Shown here in pieces: positions 13,511 through 26,937 of a DNA stretch of 64,000 bases. The stretch is from NCBI GenBank assembly GCA_964234715.1, contig OZ174276.1, one strand, 5' to 3'. The notes beneath the pieces are model-generated. The model worked only from the letters and a program-made list of their open reading frames with translations, did not search any database and had not been told where the DNA came from. Every line of letters starts with the position of its first letter. The stretch's first letter is position 1. The translations under genes were made by a program, and so were the position numbers. Origin of the DNA: Podarcis melisellensis. Lineage: Eukaryota.

Positions 13511-15960
13511 TCCAGATCTCTAGATTGTATTTCTTTGCAAGAAGTGAGATACAAACAGATACTTTCAAGCTGACCATCACCTTGTTACATTTCATCAGAA
13601 AGAATTCTGCTTAATTCTTGAACCCAATAGTTCACAGTTCCTGCTAAGTCTTTTACACGGCACTTTTCTTGCTATACACTATAAAACTGACAGCATTGAG
13701 GGGAAGTGAATATGGCTGGAGAGCTCGAAAGGGGTTTGCAAGTGATCCAGATCAACATCTTTACTACGTTCATAAGTCATTAGTTTCTCTTTGAATACAG
13801 AATTGTTGAGGCCATCCAGGTTACTTGCATGTAGAGGAATAAGTTACTGCAGTTGGAGCATGGCTTCCTAAGATAGGCACTAAGATCCAAAGTACACACT
13901 TCAAAACTTGATGAAGTTGAACCAAAGTTCTTGATTCTGAAGGCTGCAGCATGGACAGATTCTCAAATGGATGGCATTGTGTTAAATCTTCAGGTCTTAA
14001 AAAAACAAAATAAAATCAGAGCAAGGGAGATTTGGCCGTAATTAAATCATTTCTGCTGGAACATGACTTTAATCCCGAAGTACCTAATGATTCTGTGCAT
14101 CTAGAATAGAAGAGGAAGTACTAGACTGGCAAGTTCCCCCTAAGCTTTCTTCTTCAGAGTACCTTTGTTGAACAGCCCCAGAATATTTTAAAACTCTAGC
14201 TGGAGAACTGCCCCCCATGTCCTTTTCATGCAGCTTCAAGCTTCCCCTCAAGGGTTGGGGCAGGCACCTTCCAACTCAGGTTTTTCTTTTTCCTTGATGA
14301 AGGTTCAGGATTTAGAAAAGTAAAATCTATGCAGAGAGAATTAATTCCAGTACATTTTTTTTTTGACAAGAATTATAGAATTATTATATTTGAGTAAAGA
14401 CTGTCTCCATGCCAACCATTACATTTCACTATTCACAATAGAGATCGCCGGAATGATTATCAGATATGGTGAGCTCATCTCCACTGTCTTAGACAAGGTT
14501 CCTTATCATTTTACTCTTCCGAAGGATGCTTTCATATACACGTTGCTTTAGGAACAGTGGTACAACCCTCACAGTTGCCTAAGGCATTATTTATCCTGTG
14601 TATCTCACCTTAGATCCTTGAAGAAGATGCCTTAAATACTTCGTTTCTTCTCTTACTTTTTTGAATTTCTAGGGACGGCCATTGTATCCACCCCCCATTC
14701 CTATTGGAAACCTCAACACCACTGAGAGATCAGAAAAATTTACTTTCTCTCTTCTTTCTTGTGAGCCTCTGGTTGGATTTTCCTTTTTTGTGGGGAGCAG
14801 GAATCCTAAGAAGCAGATCAGAGGAGCAGCTTGGCAGATCTCTGTGTCCCCCTCTCTGTCTCTCCTTAATTAGCAGAGGACTCAAGGAGATTTTGATGCA
14901 TCTCTTTTCCTAACAGCCTTGACTTGACCGTTGGTTTTTATGTATGTAAACATACTGAATCTTCCTCCCCTGTTTGTCCTGCCCCTGCAAAGGGGTAGGT
15001 TTTGTTAGTGTTAGAAGAGGAGATTTCTTACCTGGAAATACTTGTGAGAGATTCGGATCCAGAAACTTCCTTGTTCCTCACACAATCACAGAGTGGACAG
15101 TGAAAGCTAGCTTCTAGCTCTTCCAGTTTCTTAGGGAAGAATTCAGTTCACTCCAATCTAAATAAGTAGGGTAATAGTTACTTCTCCTGATTGGTGGATC
15201 CAAGACACAAGCACTAGTTTTCAGGTAAGAAATTTACCTTTATCAAAACAATATGATGAAGCAATGTAGTGGTAAACAATGTAGCAAATTGCGACAAAGA
15301 AGGTCAGTGGCACTAATTAGTTGATTTTAGCTAGCAATTTTATTACAGGTATGTAGTTCATAGGACAAAAGGAAATACTGCATCTGAAATTAAGGCTTGC
15401 ATGCTATTCCTAAATGATCTTACTTGGAGGTAAGCCCCATTTATTTCCGAGGGATTTACTCTCAAGTAAGGTGGCATTGGATTGTAGCCTTCCATGGCTT
15501 TCATGCATTAGTATGAGTGGTTTCAAAAGGGCTTTAAATGAACTGCCACACACTTTGCTTTTTTTCCTTTTTCCAAAAAGAGAGGTATAGACTAGCCCTT
15601 AACAAGGAACTGAAATGTGCTCATTTTGTATATAAAAGGCAGTCTGTCTTTTCAGTTACTATGTGTGTATGTGTTATTGTGTCATGTGATAACAGCACTG
15701 TGTTTTCCTGTCATTTTTACAACTCTTTCCTGGCTGAAGTGATACACAAGCAACAATGGGTAGTAATCACATTGCCCCGTTCACTTTCAAAAGGAGAGAA
15801 GCGGAGATGATCGTGAAACTTTCCAGCAGGCTACAGTAAGCGTAACTGTCTGTTAGCCCCATTGTCAGATATTTTCATAACAGAAAAAGCAAAAGAAAGA
15901 AAAAGGCATGAACACCAATATACATCCTTGCAGAAATTTGTCATATTATGAGTGAATTAA

Positions 15961-15982
15961 TATATATATATATATATATATA
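15961..15982. repeat. (TA)n microsatellite
   Basis: Direct read. Confidence 0.9.
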
Positions 15983-17523
15983 TTTAAATTAATTATTGAA
16001 TACTTTCAACATATATTTCATTATTATTGTTTAAAGCTTATAGCTGCATTCGTATTAGCAATTCCCAATGTTCTGTCCCAGCTGACTGTCATTGGCTCTA
16101 GAAAGACAGTGTATTTTTTAAAAGAGAGTACTGGTATTCAGAGGGTAATTCAGTGTGAATTTACAAAAATCTCTCCTTTTAAAACCATAAATATTTAATT
16201 CTCAAGCATGGTTGACCATAATGGATGGAGTTGATGCAGGTGTTATAAGGTTGTTGCATATTGCCTCCAAAAAGCCTTCACTGATAGAACAGCTCTAAAA
16301 CCTGTGAATCAAGTTGTCTTTTGTGAAGTATTATTTCATTTTTGTAGCTGCCATACTTCCAACACCTATTGATCTGTAAAACAGCCCCCCCCTCAACAAT
16401 TAATGGACCAGTGAAAATGAAACGTATGCTTCTGGTGAAGTAAGCCTGAGGCACAATTGAGGTAGAATCTACACACTTATAAAAACCATTCTGGAAACGC
16501 TTTTTTAAAAGTGTTTTTTTAAAAAAATACATTGAATTTTCCATAAGGCTCACCATCACCAACTAGTGTCACATTGTATATTGCACTTAAAACACACTTA
16601 AAATGTTTTATTTGCAGCTGTATAGATGAGTCCCAAGGCAACTGAAGAGTTGCCGTCCATTGCATGGGTGTTAGATTTTGTTCTGAATCTTCTTAATTCA
16701 TAAGTAATTCATATTGGCTTTGAGTACTTCTAAAACATTTTAATATAACATTATAGCGAGTCGTGGAGGATACGGAAACATTCTGAGAAAATCAAGTATT
16801 TTCATCAATTTGGCAGAGTTCATCCGGTCCAAATTTGTGAGTCGGGCAATGCAGTACATTTCTGGGTAACTAAAATGATGTGACTTTAAAGCTACAATGC
16901 AAATAACTGTGCTAGTTCCATGTTTACCCTTCCAGGAGAATAAAGAGTCTTCTCTAAGGTCCCCTGCCTCATACTCACTAACAATAAATAGTTAAACTTG
17001 TAATTTAGGAAATTAAACCAATCCTCATATAAAGGAAATTGTATTTTTATACTATATTTTAGATCGGACTTAAAACTCCATAAAAAGTTATAATAAGAGA
17101 ATCTATTTCCTTAAAATATTTTTTGCTGAATGTGAAATTGTAACTTAGTGGTTTGGGGTAGCAGACTGCAGGCCTCTGGGGACTACTTTGTTATTTTCCT
17201 TAGACCCCATGAACTGGAGACAGGTATAAAAGACATAAACTTATAATTGAAGTGTGTTAAGCCCAGGAATTTGCCTTTAAGTTTTGGAACTGAAAAGAGC
17301 CTCTAGTGCTTCCTTACAAAAATATACTTTGTCATACATCATCCCCCTCCCCCCAGCTTGGTTTCCACAGGGATCATTTTGTTGCAACAGTTGAAAGCCA
17401 GTCTTTGTCAATCTACTTCACATCACCCAGGGATCTGTCAGTAAATTCCAATTTAACTACTCTGCTATCCCAATCAGATTATTCGACTCATCATGTTCAA
17501 ATCACTGATTTTGTTTTGTCATC

Positions 17524-17525
<2 letters not shown>

Positions 17526-17580
<55 letters not shown>

Positions 17581-17849
17581 CTTTCGTAGATTTTCACGGG
17601 TACAGGAATGCAGGTTTTGGTGTCCTCGGGTGTCTTCCCGTGTAAAAGTTGGGGTGTCTAGGCGACGTTTCGACGAGGTCTCACTCTTCATCTTCAGGCT
17701 GGTGCTTTCGGCTTCCAGTAACAAGAAGCCGAAAGCACCAGCCTGAAGATGACGAGTGAGACCTCGTCGAAACGTCGCCTAGACACCCCAACTTTTACAC
17801 GGGAAGACACCCGAGGACACCAAAACCATATATATATATATATATATAT
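17526..17849. mobile_element. Penelope-like retroelement remnant: inverted terminal (pLTR) pair inside (TA)n
   Basis: Arms 17613-17715 and 17725-17827 (103 bp, one mismatch, 9-nt loop); an extra 35-nt tail on one arm (minus strand ...cccgtgaaaatctacgaaagcaa) resembles Penelope/Poseidon 3' ends; (TA)n on both sides. Confidence 0.8.
17741..17778 (+). ncRNA. Minimal hammerhead-ribozyme-like motif (PLE type)
   Basis: gc-CTGAAGA-T-GACGAG(tgagac)CTCGTC-GAAA-CGTC-gc: core boxes, 6-bp stem II, palindromic ACGT stem III, GUC site; stem I is only ~2 bp. Confidence 0.6.
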
Positions 17850-18883
17850 GGGAATCATGCACATCACTGGCTCCGCTCCCTGGGCATCCATGCATAAGAT
17901 TATTCTCTGCAGAGATTGGGGTCTCATGCCATGACTATGATGCTTTGCCTTGAAAAGTGGCAATGCTTACAGGATGCGTTTACATCGTTTGATATATTTC
18001 TTTGTTGTGATGAAGAGGGACAGGCAATTTTGTCCCAAAGCTTTTCTGCTTCAGTTTTTAGACATCTGCAGCAGTATGGATGTAATTTACCAGCACATCT
18101 GTAATACCTCTTGTGCCACTGCTGGAAAATCTGGGCAACGCAAACAAGAATGATCAAGCAGGATTCAAGAGTGCATGTTGTCTTGCCAGGGCAGCAATAT
18201 TACTAGATGCCTTGCCTCTTGGGAAAGAAATACTGTCTCTGATTGTTGGCTGTTGATGGTCTCACTCCTGTGAAATTATTTCTGTGTCCTTTCAGTTGCT
18301 GGTAGTTCGTTCATTTTTTTTTTTTGTCATAAAATGTGGCAAATGATTTTACTAGCATAAGCACTTACAGGTGTTGCAATAATGGCTTTCAAGCTCCATA
18401 GCACTCCTCATGGTAAATCTGCCCCCTTAAGCATGAAGGCCTTTTAAAATGTTCTTTTGCCATAGATTAGACTAATTGTTCCATTGTCTGTTGCAAAGTG
18501 TACTGTTATAACCACAGCATGTACACTTATTTTCTGTAGACCTGGAAAGAATTAAAACTGGTTTCTTTTGTTAATCTATAAATTCTGAGAACTGCTGTAG
18601 TGAGAATTGCCCTCCTTCCAGTTGGCTTTCCAAACCCTTAAGAGCAAGGTAGTGCTATGTTATCTTCCTGTACTAGAAGATTGCTTTGTAGCCTTGCAGT
18701 GTCGTGCTGTTAAGGTTTACTACTCCGCAGAGATCCTGGGCTCATAGATCTCTCATTCACAAGGACCCCCTCTACATAATGCCCTGATTGGTGACAATCA
18801 GGAAGCATTAACGTATGATATTTCTGATAAGGGGATTTAGAGCCATTGTGGTATTACCATAAAAACAGTTCTTTCCCCCAGTA

Positions 18884-19240
18884 CAGTGGTGCCTCGCAAG
18901 ACGAAATTAATCCGTTCCGTGAGGCTCTTCGTATAGCGGTTTTTTCGTCTTGCGAAGCAAGCCCATTGACAACTTAGCGGATTAGCGCTACAGCTGTCAA
19001 GCGGCTTCCAGCGATCAGCTGTTAAGCGGCTTATCAGCGGAACAGCTGATTAGCGGCTTAGCGGCTTAAGAAAAGGGCGGGAAAAGCGGAAAAAACCCCG
19101 CGGGGGGATGCAAGATTCTTTTCGTCTTGCGAAGCAACCCCATAGGGAAATTCGTTTTACGAAGCGCCTCCAAAACAGAAAACCCTTTCGTCTAGCGGGT
19201 TTTTCGTCTTGCGAGGTGTTCGTCTTGCGGGGCACCACTG
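18884..19240. mobile_element. Tc1/mariner Tigger-like MITE
   Basis: TA|cagtggtgcctcgcaagacgaa ... ttcgtcttgcggggcaccactg|TA; internal ttcgtcttgcga and tagcggct repeats; CpG-rich. Confidence 0.88.
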
Positions 19241-22200
19241 TACTATTAGTCTGTGTGGAACAGTAGTGATCAGAACTGGGATCCCATGGGCAATGTGTGA
19301 TTGGCAACACTGATCACCTGCAGGTGCATTTGTACAGAAGTCCTCTGTGCATAATTGCCCTGTCAGTATTTCTTATTGAGTCACAAACAGTTTGTTAAAG
19401 CTTTATCATCCTTGGAACAAGAATGCTAAAGTTTGGGGTTTTAGCTGGAGCTGTATACCTGCCCCAAACCTTTGAGTTCTGTTTCAGCAGCTGTCTAGCA
19501 ACTTGTATGCCTTCTAGATTGGCCTTATTAACTAGCATATGGTTCTCGTTCTACAAGAAACTGAGGTATATCCTTGTAAATTCCCCAAATCTGATGGCTT
19601 ACTCTAGCAGAAGGTAAGATGGAAAAAATGAAATACTCCCCTCCAGAGAGTCAGAAACGTTAAAAACAATAAAACAAACAGGCAATATGCCTATAGAAAA
19701 AGAACGGTCTGCTGTGAACCAGCAGCTGCACTAATCAACTAATTTTGTCTGAATTGGGTTTAAATTCCTTTAGCTCCATGCAATGCATTACCAGCCTCAG
19801 TCACTGATTCTGTTAGGACTGAAATGGAAATGAGAGATGGGAGAGGTGTTCAGGTTCTTGTCTGAACATGTAAGCACCAAATTGTGTAGGGATTCTGGGT
19901 CTAGTGTACAAGCCCTGCCCCCAACTTCATCATGCACACTTCCCTCATTCAGTCCCTGACCTTCTCTTGTGTAGGGAAGGTCTGTGTAAGAATTCTCCTC
20001 ATGTGCATGCAAGTACAACTCTCTTCGTGATCAATCATGTACAAGTGAATGTGGGTAGAATCCCTATAGAAGATGGGAAGGTTTGGAGACTGAGCAGGGA
20101 AGAGGCGTGTGCAGTGACATTGAAGGTCAAGCTTGCATGCATGCTTCTGTCCCTCTGCGTGGTTTGGTACTTTTGTACTCATGCCTATACACAGTTGGAG
20201 TTCGGTGTTATCAACTCCTGATGACATAGCACTCCAAAAACACTGAATAAACTTGTGCAGTGGTTTCTCGTAGATGTCAGACACCATGAGGCACAGAATT
20301 GAACTTTTCTCCCTTGTTGGATATTCTTCAGTAATGTTAATTTAAATTTGATATGTATATTTTAAACACTGTTGTGCACCACCCTAAAATGATGTTAAGA
20401 GTGGTACAGAAATGTGTTGTATATATATTAAGCTCTGCTTTCCTGCAGCTTTCCTAGCAAAAGGACAGTACAAATTGAAAATGAGGATTTGTTCTGGTGT
20501 TACTTAAATACAGTAACCTTAAATGGATTTGTGTTGATGTGTAGTTACATTGACTTAAACCTTCGCTGTGGACAGAACCCTGATTTACTTTTGTATACTT
20601 TGGTTTATAATTGTATTTTGAGTGCTACTATGACTTCTCTCTCCTTTCTCCTCCTTATCAAAACCAAAAAGCTTCTGGTAGCTAAATTAATTTCTTAGTA
20701 TTTAAATTTTAATATTTGGTTGTATGAAAAGAAAAATGGAAGTAGTTTGCACACACAACTAAATTAGGCAGATCTTCTAAGCATCCAAATGATCCTTTTA
20801 CCTAGGTATCTGAAGGGTTGATTAGAATCAGAAACGGTATCTGCCTTTGACTTTAAGATAAAAATATTGGAATTCCACAGAAACCTGTTAGATATTGTTT
20901 TATTCATTACTTAACCTAGAGGGAGGCGGGGTCCTAGCTGAGCAAATCAGGGTTGTGACAGTTTGGCCACATCTATCCCAAGGTTATCAGGGTGGGGACA
21001 AGCCATTTGAATCCTTTGACATGTCACTGATGTTCGAGTCCTGGGAATCTTGTCTTAGCAAGATGGTGAGCTATGCTCTTGTTATATGTGTGTTATTTTG
21101 GGGTATTTAAGTGACTAGCCATAATGCGCCCCCCCAAAAATTAGTCATACTATGATGATGTCAATATTATTTGTATGAATTTTCAGTATCCTAGGAGTAG
21201 CAGACTTAGGGAGCAGTGTATGTTTTTGTAAACAGGTTCTGGATGTTCAGCCTTGTAGCTGCAGAAGACAATTAGCAGGACATCAGTTTACTTTTTTGTA
21301 GGATCTGGGGTGTCTGTTTCCCTATAGGTTGTTTTTTCTCAGGTTTATTTAAAAGCACGAGTATTTCATATTACCAGTATCCTGCAATGTGCTAGAAGAT
21401 TGGGAGCAATTAATGCCCAACACCTGTGTAATGTGATTTCTAAGACAAATTGCTTTATCTTTAGCAGGTGCAAATGGCAAAGCTTACAATTGAATTTCTA
21501 TTTATTCTTTTTTGTTTCAGCTTCTAAATTCTTTTCTTTTCCTTTTTCATTCATTAACATTTTGTAGAAAGGTCTTGTAGGTGGTTTATTTATGACACAG
21601 ACAGGAATTCAGAGATGCTGATAGATTATTTTTTTGCTCGGTATTATGTTGCCTCTATATTTATCTTGTATAGCTGAATCTATATTAAAGATGACATACC
21701 AAGATCAGGGGAAGATGGAGAAAGGGAGAGAGATACTTCATCATCTTCCGAAATTGGTGTTCTTACGTAATGCCAAGCCTTTGTATTGCACCGTTCTGTA
21801 TTTCCTCTTTTGTGGCAAACTGCAGTTGTAAGCCATGATCAAACCATGGTTTGCATTTCAGATTGCAGACAAACTTTGGTTTGCACAAACTATGTTTTTG
21901 CCTACTTGGATGTAACTGCAAACTGGTTTGCCACAAAAGAGGATGTGTAACAGTGTGCAAGGGGAGGAAGGTGTGTACATGCCCAAGGCTCTGTCTGAAT
22001 TGAGCCAGTGTCTAGGAACTAAAAAGCCTTAGATCAAGCCTTTTTGCTATCTAATATTCTTTTATTGGTTTTAGAGGGTCTTTCTTGAATTCATATTTGG
22101 ACTTATTCCAAAACTAGTATTGCAGTGCTGAGTGTTGAGTTTGCTAAGTAATTTGATTAATTTCCCATAATTTTACTTGAGTGATTACTTCTGAAGTATT

Positions 22201-23287
22201 CTCTGCTCTTACAATAATCACAGTTTGTGATAAATGTATAAATATCCACATTAAATTTTCAGCTATCAGGTTTGACAAGTTCCTTGGTTCAGGGCTGAGA
22301 GGAAGGGCTTTAAAACTATGAAGCACTTCTAAAATTGCAGCTGAGGAGCCCAGAGTTTAACAGTCCAATCCTAAACATGTTTAATAATAATAATAATCCT
22401 ACTGAATTCTTTGAGACCTTCCTCTTACAAAGTAAGCTTCATTTTCAAACATTTGACAGTGATGGGTAGAAGATACTGGAGACTTTCACATTTGTCTTGA
22501 GATGAACACTGTTCATATTGGAAGACAAAAATAGAAAAACCGTGTTTCTTCATGCAGAACCACTTGTCAGCAAGAAAAGAAACCTAACACAGCTGTGGAA
22601 GTCTGTTCGACCCAATGTAAAAAATATCCTTTATTACTGACGCAAAATTCTGCACACTTCTTCTAGCCTTAAAATATGCACCAGCGGCTTTGTGGCTTTT
22701 TGACTAATCTTCTTTTACTTCAAAAATACACTGACAGAATATTGGCTCTGCATGTATTTTTGGAGTTAACATGATCCCTTCATTTTTTGTTGTTGTTTTC
22801 TATTAATATTTATAAACTCTTCTCGGAAACCCAACAGCCACAGGTATGGGTTTTCTTTATGGTGTTATCAATGCAGGCAATAAAAGGAGAAAGACAATCA
22901 CCAGCCTAAACTTAACTCTAGAAGAATGTAGTTGCTTTATGTTACGTAGCATAACTAATATTATCCTTCTGCATTTCATAGGAATATAATACAGTTTTAT
23001 GCAGGAATTTATAAACAACCACAGAAATAGACATACAGTTATTGTAATATAAGAGACAGATGGTCTTGATTAATAGCTTTAAAAAATCTAGTTGCTTTTG
23101 GTGCAATTGTTTACAGTATCTTGCCCTGTTACCTCCATCTAGATTAGATCCTTCATGGAAAGTATATTATTGCATTAGCTTTATGTTCACTACTCTGTAT
23201 AAATGCATTTAATCAGTGCTGTAAGAGAGAGAAAGTTTTCAATTGATATAAAATGTGGCAAAATTCCTTCCCAATTTTTTTTGGCAG

Positions 23288-23462
23288 AGAGAGACTGAGA
23301 ACACACAGCATTGAATCATCAGGAAAATTGAAGATTTCCCCTGAACAACATTGGGATTTTACTGCGGAGGATTTGAAAGATCTTGGAGAAATTGGACGAG
23401 GCGCTTATGGTTCTGTCAACAAAATGGTCCACAAACCAAGTGGGCAAATTATGGCTGTTAAA
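23288..23462 (+). CDS. MAP2K4: MAP2K4 exon 3 (Gly-rich loop, AVK lysine)
   Basis: ggcag|AGAG...GTTAAA|gtaggt; 175 nt; ERLRTHSIESSGKLKISPEQHWDFTAEDLKDLGEIGRGAYGSVNKMVHKPSGQIMAVK. Confidence 0.98.
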
Positions 23463-23840
23463 GTAGGTGATGCCCGTAATTATTCTTGTACTTTCCAAAT
23501 GCAGGGGCAATGTATAGTGGATAATTTAATATCCATCCATCTTGCGCTCAGCAGTTGTTTGCTTTCCCCCGCTATCTGTATATTTTGCCTTGTAGTTTAG
23601 TGTTATTAAATACTTAACTGGTTTGTAAAATTATGGGTTATAAAATTTCAGGAGAACATCTAATATACGTAAGCTTCTTTTTAACACAAACACTGTATAT
23701 ATACTGAGACCCTTTATCTCTAGGTTCCTAGTTTTAAATCCAGCTCAGGTTTATTATTCTTAAATGCAGTTTTGCAGTGGACAGGTCAGGGTCCTTTGTG
23801 AAACAAGCTAGTTGCCTTGCTACAGTAGTTTTCATTTTTC

Positions 23841-24003
23841 CTACTTATCTACTTGCACCAGTGTGTTTTCAAACTGCTAGGTTGGCAGGAGCCTCGGACA
23901 AAGCAACAGGAGCTCACCCCATCATGTGGATTCGAACTGACGACTTTCCATTCGGCAAGCCCAAGAGGCACAGTGGTTTAGACCACAGCGCCAACTGCGT
24001 CCC
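23841..24003 (-). mobile_element. Sauria SINE, 5' half
   Basis: Reverse complement begins gggacgcagttggcgctgtggtctaaacc and matches the head of the 45247 copy up to gtgcaagtagataa. Confidence 0.85.
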
Positions 24004-26461
24004 ACTCATTTCTTGTAATACTCTTTTAACAACACTGGGCTATAAAATAACTTGAAGTGAAGGCAGAATTGAGCCCTGTTCTCAGTCCAGTTATCAGCAA
24101 ATATACTGTTTCATAACATGTAGGCCACTAGTCATCAAGTATAATAGGAGTAGAAGAGGGCGTGACCAGTATGCTTTATGGAATATTAAATGTTCTTCAC
24201 CCTGCTTTTTCCAGCATCTGTGTCTGTGAGCTACATAAGTGACTGCTGGCCTACAAGGAATCCATTCTGTCTTGTTCCCTCCTCTCCCTGAATTTGTAGG
24301 GTGGCACATGCCATATTTTTTTCTGTGTAGCCATGCCTCTGAGTCCTGTTGAGGGTCAATATTTGGGTTTTCCATAGCAACAAATTAAGGTTTGTTACCA
24401 AGTAAATAGGTTGGTACCAACAAGGAGTTGCGTCCAGTGTGGACTGCTTCATACTTTGATTAGCCAGGTTTCGCTTGTGTATGCTGCAGTACAGCACACA
24501 AAGTATGAATGCAGAGGTGGACATTTGTAAACACAATGGACAGGCTACCTGAGAGACACATCACATTGCATCTCCCTGATACATCTTTAGTGGGTCCTTG
24601 GAACATTTAAGGATTTACATAACTTCCACGTTGACCTCAGCAACTGTCATACATTTATCTGTATGATAGACACAATTGCCATATTCAAACTTTGCTATTA
24701 TGGTGATGTTTAATCCATTCCCATATATTCAGTAATAAATACTAAATAATAATAAATTATGGGAGGAATTCAGCATTCCTCTATTATAATGATTCTCTCA
24801 GCTTGCCATACAGGGCGATCTCCTCCCTGCCACCAGGTAGGCTTTTCTGGAGGTTCCCACAATCACTGGAACCAGTTTGATCTTCCCAGGATCACTCTAC
24901 CTTGATTTGTGCTCAGCTTGTGTTTTCTGTGGGAAGTCTTGATAATAGGTGGCTGTTTTATGGTAAAATGATGCTGGAAAAAAGATTCTATATAGATGGC
25001 CAGTAAAAGAAAAGTAAAAGAAAAGAAATAATTCTAAAATTCCATAGACAGAATTCTAAAGAAAACAGGAAGGTCAGGCGGATACCAGCAGCCACTGAAG
25101 AAAGGGAAATATGGTAAAGAAATATTAGGAGAGGAATTCTGGAGAAGAAAATGGGAGCAAAGTCAGAAAACTCTGGAGATAAACTGTCTTTTTGCAGGGC
25201 TCTTGAAATCAAGGAGAGCACAATGGCAAGTGCTTTGCATATTTGGTCATGGGATTCCTTGGGAATACAAAGATCGGATAATGTATTGTATACAAAGGCT
25301 AGGAATAGTTCCAAGCTGAAGGGAATTGTGAAGGTTAGAGGGCATTGGCCTATATGCAGTTTAGGTATTGCCCAGAGAGTTAAGAAACACTGGAAAAAGG
25401 AAAAACAGATGGAGTGTGTTATATTTGCAGTTGTGTTTTAGAGTTCCCATTTCATCTTCTGTGTAACAGACAGTTCTTTACTTGGATCATTCTGTTCTGC
25501 CCATCACTTCCTAGGCAAACAGTTGAGCTGCTTACTATTTGTACTCTGGAATGTGTAATGGCTTTACAGCTGTAGAATAATTGTGCCCAGAAGAATTGTA
25601 TAGTGTCTCCAGAACAAAGCAGAACCGTCCCATGCCTGCTATTATAACTTTCTCAAGTGGCTTTGGTCAGCATTTGTTTGGTGGGGGAGGGTATGGTATT
25701 TTTGTTACTCTTAACAGTTAGCATATAGAGATCCATATTGTTATGCTATAACTGGGGATATTTTTGTAAAGTGTCTTTTTGGGGCCACATTACGTGCTAA
25801 TGTTCAAAGCATTTTTTATTGTCTGCTTAGAATTGGCCTTTTTCTTTAGAAAAACAGGGGTGTGGGTGTTCATGCTGATTTTTGATTGGGGCTGGAAGAG
25901 AGGTTAGCTGTTTAGCCCTGCACTGTTTTCCCTGGAAAATCACTCTATACAGAAGCTTTTTTGCCCCAGAAGGTGATAGCAAATTGTGGGTAGTACTGGA
26001 GGAGGTTGCCTAGAAAATAGCAATGGGTAAAGGATCAAAATCTGGATTAGGATTAGGATCCACTGCAGTTGACTTTTCTAAAAGGAGAGACATGACACAG
26101 TGCCTAAAAACACTTTTAATGTGCCATGCAGTTTGGCCCTTAGTCACAGATTGGCTACCAACGTGTCATATTCTTTATGGAGGGGGTGGGGGACCTTAGG
26201 CCAAGGGACCAAATATGGTCCTTAGTAATCTTTCCCAACCATGCTTCCTCTCCAAGCCACACCTGTGGCCAGCCTTGCACTGCGGCCTACTCAAATGTTT
26301 TTGTTAGGCTGGAATGTGTCCCATGAATTGAGTCCTGAACTGAAGAAAATACTGCCTAATAAAAGGGAATATTCATCCTCAAATATGGATCGTTGCATGA
26401 TAATGGTAGCATAAGTCAGCCTTCCCCAACTTGCTGTCTTCCTATCATCCTAAACTACTGG

Positions 26462-26590
26462 ACAAGGTGTGGTGGTTAGACTTCTGGACTAGTACCTTGG
26501 AGATCAGGTTTGAATCCTTCCTCAGGCATGGAACTCTTTGGTTGTCCTTGAGCTAGTTGCTGTTCTTCAGCCTAACCTTCCTTACAGGTT
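26462..26590 (+). mobile_element. MIR-like SINE fragment
   Basis: tRNA-like A box (gtggttaga) and B box (ggtttgaatcc) followed by core-like cagcctaacc; related fragments at ~27215-27325 (-) and ~41965-42075. Confidence 0.55.
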
Positions 26591-26817
26591 AGAGGTTATT
26601 TATTTTTCTTAAAAATCACCTGAGCTGATTAAAATGGCTCAGATGACATGTCAAAGCCCATGGGTTTGGCCTGGAGTGTAGAAGGAGTTAAGCAGGCGCT
26701 TTTGAGCAGTACATGGTTCATGTGGGTGAGCCCATAATAAGATATTAATGTGACATGCAAACACAGCTAGTTCTGTTTACTTTAATTATGATATCTCTTC
26801 CTTTCTTATTCTTTCAG

Positions 26818-26937
26818 AGAATTCGTTCGACAGTGGATGAAAAGGAACAGAAACAGCTTTTAATGGATTTGGATGTAGTTATGCGAAGTAGTGATTGCCC
26901 ATATATTGTTCAGTTTTATGGAGCACTCTTCAGAGAG
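26818..26937 (+). CDS. MAP2K4: MAP2K4 exon 4
   Basis: tttcag|AGAATT...AGAGAG|gtgggc; 120 nt; RIRSTVDEKEQKQLLMDLDVVMRSSDCPYIVQFYGALFRE. Confidence 0.98.

Noticed and set aside
17306-17963. Four overlapping ORFs with YIYIYI runs and mirrored peptides
   Set aside because: Artefacts of the (TA)n tracts and the palindrome; no protein family signature.
9124-23287. Intronic miR-744 expected from mammalian MAP2K4
   Set aside because: No matching hairpin recognised; the miRNA is, as recalled, mammal-restricted.
24988-25441. Purine-rich stretch with 96-108 aa ORFs in MAP2K4 intron 3
   Set aside because: No recognisable homology or exon structure; possibly old TE debris, but not assignable.
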